Positions 1 to 11,464 of a stretch of 64,000 nt of DNA are shown piece after piece; within the stretch, counting starts at the first letter, position 1, and every line of letters starts with the position of its first letter. Below the pieces are notes generated by a model that worked only from the letters and a program-made list of their open reading frames with translations, ran no database searches and had not been told where the DNA came from. The translations under genes were made by a program, and so were the position numbers. Source of the DNA: Tubiluchus corallicola (lineage: Eukaryota > Animalia > Priapulida); NCBI GenBank assembly GCA_030141605.1, contig JAQGDQ010000034.1, positions 1 to 64,000 on the forward strand. The letters run 5' to 3'.

Positions 1-1815
1 TAACATCAACAACATCGACAGCAACAACAACAACAACAGTGGCGTCATCAACGAGCATGGGTCCCCCCACCCAACATCGTTTTTGTCAACCGGAAGAAAG
101 CATCCGACCAGGATAAAGATAAATGAATATTTTTTAAATAGTAAGGGTACACCCCATCGGGATAAAGATAAATGAATATTTTAAAAAGTAAATACACTTC
201 AGTCTCTGGCAATTTTAGTCTAATAGTAAAGCGCCTCAGTTTTTTTCTCTTTGTACATCTAGTCTAGATAAAAGTAAAATTTTAAATACCCTATTGTCAA
301 AAAAAGAAATCTTTCAATAAAAATGTGGCTAATGCAACTTGTGAGTTTTTGGGATTATATATATATATATATATCCTCACCTAAAAAAATACTGACTCGT
401 TGAAAGCGTGCAGACTAGAAGGCTGCAGGCATTCAATTTTATCTAGACGGCAGCTGTCCTACTGTCTGCTTGCTGTACATTCCAACGGGCTTTTTAAAAA
501 AAAACAGGTACACGCACTTAAATAGCCGCGGGTGTCATGTCTAGCAAGTCAATTAACGGATTAAGTCCTCATTAGCCAGGTAGTCGAGTCAATTACCGGA
601 TTAAGCAATAGACGCGTGCCTGCCTTGGCGTCTGATCAGATGAGTGCATTCGTTGCGGGTTTAAACATGCGAGTTAGTACAGATAGAAAGATTTTTACAA
701 AATAGAGGCGTGCCTGCCTTGGCGTCTGATCGGATGAGTGCATTCGTTGCGGGTTTAAACATGCGAGTTAGTACAGATAGAAAGATTTTTACAAAATGAA
801 AAGATAATTTTAACTAACATTAGTTATTATTGTTCTGTCGGATAAAAAAAGTGGATGACGACCAAAGATCAGACTCTGCTTTAGGTAATACCGCGTCATC
901 ATCATCATCATCGTCGTCGTCATCATCATCATCGTTGGATACAGTTGACAAAAAAATAAAGAAACCCAGAAATTAATCATGCTCGGCGACGCGTGAGTAG
1001 ACTGTATGTTACACGCGGTAACGTTCGTGCTAATGGTCGGCCCGTGCTAACAATCGTGCTCGGCGGTGTGTGCGCGTGTGAGTAGACTGTATGTTGCACG
1101 ATGCGACCGCATTGGATGGAGCGAAGGAGGCTTTTTCGGCGACGGCATCCATCCATCCATCCATCCATCCATCCATCTCGGATAAAGGTAGGATAAAATT
1201 TTTAAAAATTGTAATGCAACTTAGACGCGCATAAAAGAACATTCTAACCCGGATGAGGGCGGGGTAAAATTTTAAAAAATTGCGTGGCAATTTAGACTCG
1301 CATAAAAGAACATCCTGTAGAGAAATCTTTTAGCCCATTATCTAGCTAGCTAGCTAGGCGGCGAGGCGAGAGTCGATTACCGGATTAGCCACAATTAGGG
1401 TGGAGCAAGCAAAGTGCGCAGCGAGCGCGCGTCGAACGGACGACTGCATTTAGCGCGGAGGGGGGGGTGTTCTCGCCGGGCGCACCCCCCCCCCAAAGCG
1501 TGCGGGAGTTCCAACCGTCACTCCTAATCCTTAAATCGAGCACTTAACTAGCGCAACAATAGACCCACTTCACTTTTTTTAGGGGGTGATTTTTGTTCCC
1601 ACCCCCGGCAGCCGAGGGGGGCGTGGCCCATCGACCAACCGTCACTCCTAATCCTTAAATTGGTCACTTAACTAGCACGACAATAGAGCCACTTCACTTT
1701 TTTAGGGGTGTTTCCGGATTTTCGCACTTTTTTAGGGGTGTTTTTCCCCACCCCCCCAGGGAAATCCCCACCCCCCCCCCGGGAAATCGGCCAGAGGTGT
1801 AACATCTAACCTACT
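1..1815. mobile_element. Terminal part of a large GC-rich DNA element, probably a Polinton/Maverick terminal inverted repeat and subterminal region, inside a peroxidase intron
   Basis: Abrupt switch from GC-rich, G/C-tract sequence to AT-rich intron after ...aacatctaacCTACT (1815). The reverse complement starts AGTAG, matching the AG...CT ends of Polintons. Internal direct duplications at 110-138/159-186, ~614-703/708-797 and ~1512-1588/1636-1710. The other end and any core genes lie outside the window. Confidence 0.45.
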
Positions 1816-3225
1816 AGCAACAAACAAAAACATTCATTGTTACCTTATTGACACTACTAAGGACAGTTGATAAAGATTCTAATAACCTTTTCTGTACACA
1901 CATGTATGTCTTTACAGGTTTACTGTTGACTGGTGATCTGCTTCCATTTGGTACTGACTCAGAAAATGTCTGCACAGATGGGCTTAATGAAGTTTCTTGT
2001 AACTGAGCAGGTAAGTCATATAACTAAAGTTTATTTTTTGAGTTACGCCTTTTATAAAACCAGATTATCCAGTGATGATGTCACGATCTTGCAGGTGACG
2101 TCAGAGATAACGAACAAGTTGGACTCACTGCTATGCATACTATCTGGATGCGTCAGCATAACAGGATTCCAGAACAATTTTGAACAGTTTGATACCCTCA
2201 ACTGATGATGAAAAATTATTTTAGGAAGCCAGACGTATTGTTGCTGCACAGATGCAGTATATAACGTACAGCGAATGGCTTCCCTTGGTAGTGGGTGGTT
2301 ACTACGCAAGCAGGTTATTTAAAATTTTCTAATTATAATGCTTATTCAAGTGAGATTGTTTTTAGTTGTGCAATAAGTCTTCACTTAAAGAAAAGCCGAG
2401 CCTCTGTGGGCGGCTGAGCTTATTATAAAATTTTAGAATGTTATAAAGTTTCTTAAAGTATCTCTTTTAATTAGTAAAATCTATTTAAAGTCGCGATCAT
2501 TTCACGCTAGGCCCTCTCATTCTGAAGGAAAAACGATGTCATCCGGTTATCTGATAAACACAGGCCAAGTGATAGAGCAAACTCTTTTGCAGCTGCAGGT
2601 AATATTATCAACTAGAAATAATCTAAAATGTTAAACGACAGATTAAACGTAACAAAAATACATTTTTATTGCTTCATTATGAACTATTAATTAATTTAGC
2701 TAATTTTTAGATGCCGTTCGTAACAAACTTTTCAAAGAATTCGAAACAAATTTTGACTGGATTTGGCTACACTCAGAGAGGTCGCGATCAAGGTTTGCCA
2801 AGTTATAGTAAATGGGTCAAGTATTGCCCTCGTAGAAGGATATATGGATGGGATGACATAAGAGACATCATACCTCGTAGCAACTTAAAGGCTTTACATT
2901 CTATTTACAGGTAGAAGTATTAAGTACAGGCGCTACATGTCTGCTAATTAACCGCAAAAAAACTTTCTCTTTTTGTGATTTAGTTAAGAAGTGCTCTACG
3001 CCCCCCCCCCATACTTTCCTGTTTTATTTTATTTTTCTGTAGCCTTGACTCATTTTTCTTTTATTTTTTCTTCTTGATTTTATTTCCAGTCATTATCTTT
3101 TCTTTGTGTCCACACCCATTTGTCCTTTCTTTAAGTACGTCTTTAGCACCTTTTGATCTCTGACTTAATCACAGCCTGGGAATTTATTTCCTTTTAATTT
3201 TTATTACAGGCACATAAAAACATTT

Positions 3226-3592
3226 ATAGCTAAAAACAACACAACTTTATTAGAAACTTTTGCATTACAAAGTTAAAAGTCAAAATCATGCCAAACGGTT
3301 CGACTAGCTATTGCTGTCATCATCAGTGGCAAATTTACAAACACACAACCAGTTCATCCAGGCAGAGCCTATTATGCACTAATTAAGTAGTTAATAGAAG
3401 CCAAATAGGTAATGAGTAAAGTAATCGATACAGAAACTTAAACACTAATTATATATATATTATATTATATATTTACAAAAGCCAAATAGGTAATAATTGA
3501 GCAGCCTGAGCTAGTCGAAAAGTTTGGCATGATTTTAACTTTTAACTTTTTAATGTAAAAGTTTTTCATAAAGTTTTGTTGTATTTAGCTAA
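3226..3592. mobile_element. Inverted-repeat pair carrying minimal hammerhead ribozyme motifs (Penelope-like element remnant)
   Basis: 3226-3309 is an imperfect reverse complement of 3509-3592. Minus strand 3330-3290 reads GCCA CTGATGA T GACAGC AATA GCTAGTC GAAC CGTT TGGC. Confidence 0.65.
3290..3330 (-). ncRNA. Minimal type I hammerhead ribozyme motif with one core mismatch
   Basis: Stem I GCCA/TGGC, CTGATGA core box, stem II GAC-AGC/GCT-A-GTC, GAAc in place of GAAA (the sister copy at 3517-3520 has GAAA), very short stem III, GTT cleavage triplet. Confidence 0.6.
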
Positions 3593-4175
3593 AATTTATT
3601 TCTTGTTTTGATTTTTTTGGTTTACTAAAGTTTTGTCTTCATCTTTGCACAGTTGGCACCACATATCATCCCTTTAATGCCATGTTGTAAGCATAACGAA
3701 AAATAAAGTTTAAGCTGGGATGATCCCAATTTTTCAACTGTAATTTTACAAGAATGGTGCCTACACAAGTACGCACACTTCTTTTAAATTTGGACTGCTT
3801 TGAGGATTTAATACCTTTGTCAACTTGTTCTGAACCTAGACGGTTAATGTGCCATGTGTCCTCACTATATCTTTTAGGAATGTCCATGATGTGGACTTGT
3901 TTTCTGGTGCACTGTCAGGGACGCCGGTTCGAAACGGACTAGTTGGCCCAACTTTTGCCTGCTTAATCAACGAGCAGTTTCGGAGTCTTAAAGAGGGTGA
4001 TAGATTCTGGTTTGAGAATGCTGGGTGGAAGAGTAGTTTTAGTCCAAGTATGTTGGAGAAATTATTGTCTCACAAAAGTTGAAATAAGTAACATAGCAGC
4101 TACTACGTTGAAAATAGCACAGTGGCCTTTATTCTGACAGAATGTGATTAAGTTTCATTGACGGGCGCATTCTTA

Positions 4176-4378
4176 CGACGCGTTCAAACTACAGAGTTTT
4201 TTGCAGAGCTCTCTCTGAGAGTAAACTCGCAAGTGTGAATGGTTTTGCGAATTATCTCGACAATTTATTGCAAACTGTCCGAGAGTTACTGAGAGTTCTT
4301 TCGCGACTTTCTTGCGATTGTGAGAACTCCATTCATTGTGAGAACTCCGAGAGAAAACTCTCTAATCTGAACGCGCCA
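4176..4378. mobile_element. PIF/Harbinger-type (Tourist-like) MITE, family A copy 1
   Basis: Imperfect TIRs cgacgcgttcaaactacagagtttt / aaaactctctaatctgaacgcgcca, with TTA on both flanks. Homologous to 32512-32697 and 48222-48434. Confidence 0.7.
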
Positions 4379-5554
4379 TTAGGCTGAAAACAACAAATTT
4401 TATGAAGTGTTAACAATCTCCCAACAAAATGTTTTTTACCCAAAATCTAATTTAGTATTTGGATATTGAGAAATTGTAAAACTTCTTTCAAATGATTTCT
4501 TATCATCGTTTTAAAACGTGACGGGTGAATGGCCCAAAAAATGGCATTCAGAATAAAAGTCGCTGGGCTGTTTTCACAAGTAATTATTATATATGCCATT
4601 TCCTTTAATTAGACGACGCCTCTGCGCCCAGAAATCTTTGCTAATTATTGGATCTTGCTTTTAACTAACTGGCGATTGTTAACGGAGCTTGATGAGTTAT
4701 GAATTCATATCAATTATTTAATTATGATTTATGAAAATCGGTATTGGCTGCTAATTATGATTTATGAAAATCGGTTTGAAACTATGCGTTGCTAATTATA
4801 ACATGCATTCACTGCAGGTATATATTACAAGCATTGCACTTGCAGAATTCTCAAGTAAATCTAAGATAATAAAACACAACAGTTAATCTAAAAAAACGAA
4901 ACACTTCTATTTCAGCGGCTTGTCAGCAGCACTTCCTCCTTTTGCCAATGACTAATTTCAAAATCTCTTGTACAGTTGTTTTCAATTTTTTTATAAATAC
5001 ACTTTATGATGTACGTATTTAACGTGGACACGTTATGGCAAAAAATATATAAAAGATAATTGTATTAAAAAGAGGTTTGGCAAGCAAAACGTCTTTGATG
5101 TCGCATTTAATTGTTGTGAAAATCAAACAAGCGGAAGATTCGTAATTGATTTATCATGTTCTTCAGGACAAGCTTATGAAATTAAGAAAACCAAGCTAGC
5201 CAAAGTCATTTGTGAGAATACAGAAATCACGCGAATTCAGAGGAAAGTAACGATACAGGCTAGCGGAAGGTAAGCTCAGATTTCTGTCCAAGAAAGAAGC
5301 CAAGTATCTTTGAGTGATTATTGAAAAACAAGTCTTTAAGAACAACATTTGAACATAGGTCATGATAATTGTTCTTCAAGAGCATCTAGAACAGTAGCAT
5401 TAACTGTTATATATCTTCAGGAGCGAGTTATCTGTCGCCGTTTTGTAAATTATTAACTTTAGGAATATCCGGCGTAAATATTTACTATAAACATTTTAAT
5501 GAAAAGAGGAAAGCTCAAGTGTAAAATTTATTTCATGTTTAGCAGAGTCATGAC

Positions 5555-6168
5555 CAGGGTCGTCTTACAGCATTATAGGCCCCTGGGCAAAACAGTGCAC
5601 TGGGACTCCTAACTACACAACCACTCACAGGAATAAAAATGTAAATGGTAGATAAAATCAAACATGTACTTATAGTATTGGTACTTCCAAAAAAATCAGT
5701 GTTTAACATTAAAAAACGTGCTGTAGAACAAAGATTAATCAACATAAACATTTATCAACACAACATAAGAATTGCAAAACACGAAAATTTCAACCTAAAA
5801 ATGATACTCAATTAGTAAACTATACAGACGGAAATGGCACAGCATGAAATTACTATGAATTATTTATCATTAATCAATTGTTAAACATAAACATTTGTAA
5901 CACATTAACTGTAATATTATGTACTAGAACACAGTATTTATATGTAACCAAAGAGTTTAATGGACTTAAATCAGAAGACATAAATTACGTCCACACAGCT
6001 CGAATCCACCTGTTCACACATGGGAACTATATTGTACCAGGCTACTATATTGATAACGTTACAGTAACAAATCTTTGTAGTTTACTATATTATGGTTAGC
6101 ATGGAGCACTAACTGGCCAGCGTGCTCCGAGGAACTGTCCAGTGTGTCCATGCGTTAAGACGAATCTG
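5555..6168. mobile_element. hAT-type non-autonomous element, family B copy 1
   Basis: TIRs cagggtcgtctta / taagacgaatctg. Flanks gtcatgac / atcattac look like a decayed 8-bp TSD. Shares its body (cactcacaggaataaaaatgtaaatgg...) with 27108-27665. Confidence 0.7.
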
Positions 6169-7592
6169 ATCATTACTTCTAATGATTGATGTTTTAGTTG
6201 ATCCGTGAAAAAAGAGAAATTTAGAAATTCTGCTTTTAAATTATAATTATGTATCAATGGCGGTTATTTTAAAATAGCAGTTTTAAATAGGTAATCAACT
6301 CATTGAACTTTCTGATTTCGTAGGAACTAAGATCAGTATCAACTACTTTTAAATTTATTGCCATATTTATAATAAGTGAGTTAAGTAATTAGTAGCGATT
6401 TCAAGGCAAAAAAGTGCATGAAGATATGAATTCTGGTTTCGTTTTATTTTTCAGAAATCCTAGAGTAAGCTGCTCATCCATTAAAGATCTTGATTGGTCA
6501 GTCTTTGTGTCCAAAGACAATAGCCATTATCGAGGATGATGTTACAGTTTTCGTTTTTGACTCCAACAAATAATGTAGAAGAAGCTTTAGTCACCCAAAT
6601 AATGCTTCTGACTACAATGCAATAAACAATTTATATAGGTATCATGTCATATCCATTTTGTTAAAATGTTAGTGGAATTATATAATCTTATGTATATCAT
6701 GACATATCATACTATATCGTGTTTTGTTATATTGTATTGTTGTTTGGTGGTGTCGTAATAAAATAAAAAAATAAAAATAAGTGTTATGACTACCGTATTG
6801 CTGTATATAAAGTCTTGGTTCAATTGACAGGAAATGACATAAGTTTGCTACGAAAGTCATTTCATTGGGAAAAGGTACTTTTTACAGTATGTCCCAAAAA
6901 GTTTCCACTCAAAGTCATGTTACTTAGCAATACGCTTATCTGAAAAAATCTTAATAATTTAAATGCTTGCGCACCACTGGCAAAATGCTACTCACTGACT
7001 AACTTTCCCAGTGTGCATCACTAACTCACTAAAAATCATAATTAATCTTATTGATAATATAAAATAATAATTATGCTTTTGCTTAGTTAGTCAAGAGTGC
7101 TCTACGAATGCTCTGATTTTTTCATACTTTCACGCAATGTGATTTAAAGTTGTTTTAAACGACATACCGTCAGAATTCTAATTACACATGCTGGCAGTGA
7201 TGCGCTGAAGGCTATAACAGAACTGCAGTTGACAGAGTGATACTACTGGTGGATATTTTAATAAAGCGCGATTTCGGTCCCTTTTAACTGTAACTTGTTA
7301 CTAGTATGCGGCGTTCGATGAATTGAAAAAGACAAATCTTATGCCATTAGGGATAGAGAAAAACCGTTCCTGAAAAGACGAAAGTACTGACATTTTTACT
7401 ACGCTAAAAACCTAATTACAGTGATGGACAAATGCAATCTTTGTCGCTTCTGGACGCTTGCACTCTAGTTGTCTATATTATATAAACTCATTCCACCGTT
7501 ATATTAATGTTTATGACCTGAATACTTGCAACTCAATACTTTATGACGTTAGCAGTTGAAAGCAATACCTATTTTATCTATTCAATATAAAA

Positions 7593-7940
7593 CAGAATAG
7601 AATAGAATAGAATAGAATAGAATAGAATAGAATAGAATAGAATAGAATAGAATAGAATAGCATAGCATAGCATAGCATAGCATAGCATAGCATAGAATCG
7701 AATGGAATAGAATAGAATAGAATAGAATAGAATAGAATAGAATAGAATAGAATAGAATAGAATAGAATAGAATAGAATAGAATGCAAACGACAGGGTATA
7801 TTAAAATACGATATGATACGATAGGATGAAATACAATGCAATGTACTACAGTAGGATAGGATAGGATAGGATAGGATAGGATAGGATAGGATAGGATAGG
7901 ATAGGATAGGATAGGATAGGATAGGATAGGACAGGACAGA
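7593..7940. repeat. Compound pentanucleotide microsatellite (AGAAT)n/(AGCAT)n/(AGGAT)n
   Basis: Directly visible tandem runs. Confidence 0.95.
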
Positions 7941-8007
7941 ATAAAATGGAATGTGCGGAACGGAATTGTAAATCAGCTGACAAATTATGTGAGCATATTG
8001 TCTAAAT

Positions 8008-8353
8008 ATGTGACCTTGGCTAGAAAACCAAAATAATTAGGTTTAAGATATCACACTTTGCAATGTATTGCATTTTCTTGGCATATTTTCTTCTTGAAAT
8101 AGGACACCGCACTAGTCCCCACAGCATAGCAAAATTAGTATATGTGGTACAAACTTGCGATTTTTTCAAAATTTGAAGAAATGACCCTTTGCAGGCAAGC
8201 TTCTCAAATGATCATTGTGCAAACTTACACCAAAGAACGTTAAAAAGTTTTCAATACTAAGCAGGGTAGGTTCGTTATCAGGTGTATGAATGGAAGCACA
8301 AAAGATATACAATCGTAACAAAGGTCATGCTCTTTCTGAAATCAAGGTGACAT
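8008..8353. mobile_element. Putative small TIR element (MITE), superfamily unassigned
   Basis: Ends atgtgaccttgg / tcaaggtgacat are imperfect inverted repeats. Confidence 0.35.
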
Positions 8354-8856
8354 TATTCAGAGTCGCGGCTGCGCGCGCAGAATTTGGCAAAAGCACTTGT
8401 TAGAATAATAAATACAAGTACATTGCAAGCATCTGTCTCTTTTTATATGGCCAGTTCTGATGAAGCCAATGAGCAAAAATTTGTCTATCGCTTGACACAG
8501 AAGAGAAACCCCCTTTGATACAAATGACACTCACTCGGGTGGACGCAATTAGAGATCTTTCACGTGTTCCTGATAACAGTGAGGAAAGAATGTGTTTGTT
8601 GCGCAAATCAGAAGAGAAGCCGCACAAACGCAATTTCCTGCGTAGTCAAACCCAGAAGTGAGGGGGCAGCTGTCAGAAGGAGGCAGCGAGACAACACTAC
8701 GTTCTAATTGGTTCTCCCTTTTCGGAGGTTTCGCGTGACAGTCGTTAAACTAAGGATAATGACGATGATTATGACATCTTTGGATTATTTTGATGCTGAC
8801 TGATCACGTCTGATGAGAAAATCCCACACGTGCAAAGGTTACAGCTGTGGAACGAC

Positions 8857-10194
8857 ATGAAGAAAAACGTTTGCCTACGCTTTTTCCTCGCAACATTGTT
8901 GCAGTTTGTTGCTTTTGGTAGTCACGGTCAAGCAGTTGCACAGGACATTAACCAGGAACGTGTACGGGCTGTGTTGAATAATGGTTCCTATGATGCTAAG
9001 CTGAACGTCCCATGCGAAGAATCAAAGATAACGAAGCACCAGTTGGTTGATATTAGATGTAATACGAGCAAAGTTCTAAAAAGACAGGGCCCAACTTTCG
9101 CAAAAACATTTAAATACTACATCAAAGGTATCGGATATCCCATTATTTATACGATTGGCTTCATTGGACATGTCATCAACATTGCCGTGTTCTTTTGCAG
9201 CAAACGTCTCAAAGGGGTCTCCTACACGTACATTCGCTGGTTAGCAATTGTGGATTTTGTAACCATCCAGCTCTACTTATCCACTGCAATAATAACAGAA
9301 TATTTACCTCAGTGGACTTTCGCCACAGCCACTTTTTACGCAAAGGCTTTCAATGGTCTGTTGAATTGCTTTAAGTTTACCAGTAATCATCTTACGGTGA
9401 TGCTGACCATTGACAGATACGTTGCAGTCTGCCATCCAATGAACGTTCGAGTGCTGCGGCAACAGAGGAAGGTGAACCTCATCGTTCTGGCGGTTTTCTG
9501 TTTTTCTCTGGTTCTTGTCTTTCCCGATTTCTTCTACAGAATAGTTGTGGAGAAAGTGCAAGCGAATGGTACTGTCTCCTACACGTACAAGTCAAATTCA
9601 ATTGTAGTCAGTCATCCTGCTTACAAGTACTTCTACTCGATGACCAGGGCACTATTTGGCCAGTTTTTGCCGACGCTAATCGTGGTCATTCTCAACTCAC
9701 TGACAGTTCGCAGATACCGGCACAAGAACGCACAGATGAAGTTGAACGTCATACCACGATCGGCTTCCCAGGATAACGCGATGAAAGAGGAAAAAAGGTT
9801 GTTTGTTTTTCTGGTGACTGTGTCTGCTACATTCCTGCTCTTTACTCTCCCCAACACTGTCGTCGCTGCTGTCTATCGTTACAAGTACGCCTGGAAAAAG
9901 AATGAGATCTTTGTCGTCGTTAGATGGATTGCCAATTTAATGACTTTCATGAATCACGCTTTTAACATGTACATATACGCGCTTGCAAGTTCCGAGTTTC
10001 GACGATGTTTTCGGGAAGTGTTTTGCGTTGCGATGAAAAATTCGGTAGGATCGTCCGACGCTCCTTTTCAGAACGTTCCTGGATCTAGCACTAGAAACCG
10101 CGCTTTTGAAGAAAGATGGGAATTAAAAAGAAGCAAGCATACGCTGAGCCTACCAAATAACAGCTTAAACACAAGTCTTAGCACCACAGGTTAG
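8857..10194 (+). CDS. Intronless class A (rhodopsin-like) GPCR, FMRFamide/sex-peptide/myosuppressin receptor-like, with a probable signal peptide
   Basis: 445-aa ORF from the first ATG (the track starts at an upstream GTG, 8830). Seven hydrophobic segments, LAIVD in TM2, TIDRYVAVCHP in TM3, FLLFTLP in TM6, FNMYIY in TM7 and SSEFR helix 8. Confidence 0.92.
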   Translation: MKKNVCLRFFLATLLQFVAFGSHGQAVAQDINQERVRAVLNNGSYDAKLNVPCEESKITKHQLVDIRCNTSKVLKRQGPTFAKTFKYYIKGIGYPIIYTIGFIGHVINIAVFFCSKRLKGVSYTYIRWLAIVDFVTIQLYLSTAIITEYLPQWTFATATFYAKAFNGLLNCFKFTSNHLTVMLTIDRYVAVCHPMNVRVLRQQRKVNLIVLAVFCFSLVLVFPDFFYRIVVEKVQANGTVSYTYKSNSIVVSHPAYKYFYSMTRALFGQFLPTLIVVILNSLTVRRYRHKNAQMKLNVIPRSASQDNAMKEEKRLFVFLVTVSATFLLFTLPNTVVAAVYRYKYAWKKNEIFVVVRWIANLMTFMNHAFNMYIYALASSEFRRCFREVFCVAMKNSVGSSDAPFQNVPGSSTRNRAFEERWELKRSKHTLSLPNNSLNTSLSTTG

Positions 10195-11464
10195 ACGTTT
10201 TTGATTACTAAAAGATGGAATAGTCTCGGACTTGATACGACTTAGTAGTAAACCTATGGATTGATTGAAAAACCAGTTTTGATTTTGTGTTGAAAAAATT
10301 GAAAATTTGGTTAAGAAGATAACAGATTTGGTCTCAGTTTTCGACTACGTGTTTAATTTTAACGAACAAGAAAACAGTCTTCATAAATATAGTTTAAAAA
10401 ATTCGTCTTGAAACAACGTATTACTTACATGCTGTCTTCTTGTTGTCAGAGCTTGCGTTTGAGGTAACGTTGTATAAAATTTGTAAATTTAATTCCCTCG
10501 ATGACCGTTAGAGGCAGCAGTTTTGGTGGTAAGTCGTTTGCAACATGTTTAGGTAACATTGCATAAAGTGTGAAAAAAAGATCAGAGCATTCATTGGATT
10601 CACCAACTAAGCAAAAGTAAATTACCTTATATTGACAATAATGTGTTGTTTGGTGAGCCAGTGGTGCACACTGGGATGGCGAAACAGCGACCTTTTACCA
10701 GTTGGCACGAATATCTTCAATTAATAAGAATTTGGATTTCCTGTTATATAAGGAGTTAGATAAAGCGTAATGCTAAATAATATGACTTTGTGCGGAAATG
10801 TTTTCTAAGAAATACTTCAAAATTTCCCTTTTCTTCCACTCTAGGTGATGAGACTCATATTAACAATAAATCTGAGCAACACTCGCGCACCAAAAAACGA
10901 TCAAAACTGATATATCTAGTTGAACTGAAACTGGACTAGTCCAACACTGTCTATAAAAATGAGTATCAAAAGCAGCAAACCAGACAAGACCTGCAATCTT
11001 ATTTTGAAGTCACAAATCAGTTTTTGACGCTTTTCTGTGCGTTCTGGCGCTTTATTGAGCAAATTTGCTACTGATTGTGTATGGTTGGAATATGTTGCTT
11101 CTGGGTCTACTTGGTGTTTCTCTTCTGTTATTTTGTGGCATTTTCACCTAAGATCAGGATGTAAAAACTGATTGGCTATAGTTTACTGACAGCTAACAGT
11201 AGCTGCCTTGGCCTCGTTCAAATGTGAATGCATCCTTCCTTGACGAGGTCGTGACCACTTGGATATACCCCGCTTCCCAATTATTCGAAGCGTGACATCT
11301 TTACGCCACAATAAAGGGTACATGTCTCACAAGCAGTCATGCAATACAAAAGAATTATTTGTTGGCAAAAGAAAAATAGAAACTACTACACCAAGGTTTC
11401 AGGCACAGTTTTCATGTCAGCACTTGCATAATTTAATGTTTCTCCCTGATTGTGTTTGTCCTTT

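Larger units (their letters stand above)
1918..6539 (+). pseudogene. Animal heme peroxidase (peroxidase-cyclooxygenase superfamily, chorion peroxidase/peroxinectin-like) pseudogene, 3' part
   Basis: Exons at 1918-2010, 2095-2313, 2511-2598, 2711-2910, 3878-4047, 5167-5269 and 6455-6539. They encode [103 protein letters not shown] and NPRVSCSSIKDLDW. Lesions: in-frame TGA 2004-2006, frameshift ~2178-2181, TAG 2222-2224, frameshifts ~2755-2775, and no FRFGH proximal-His segment. Confidence 0.85.

Noticed and set aside
2004-2006. In-frame TGA in the peroxidase as selenocysteine or readthrough
   Set aside because: A TAG, several frameshifts and a missing catalytic segment nearby point to pseudogenization.
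7578-7841. ORF with ILFYS repeats
   Set aside because: Translation of a pentanucleotide microsatellite.
11236-11265. TTGACGA-ggtc-gt-gacc as a hammerhead core
   Set aside because: No GAAA box or stem I/III follows.
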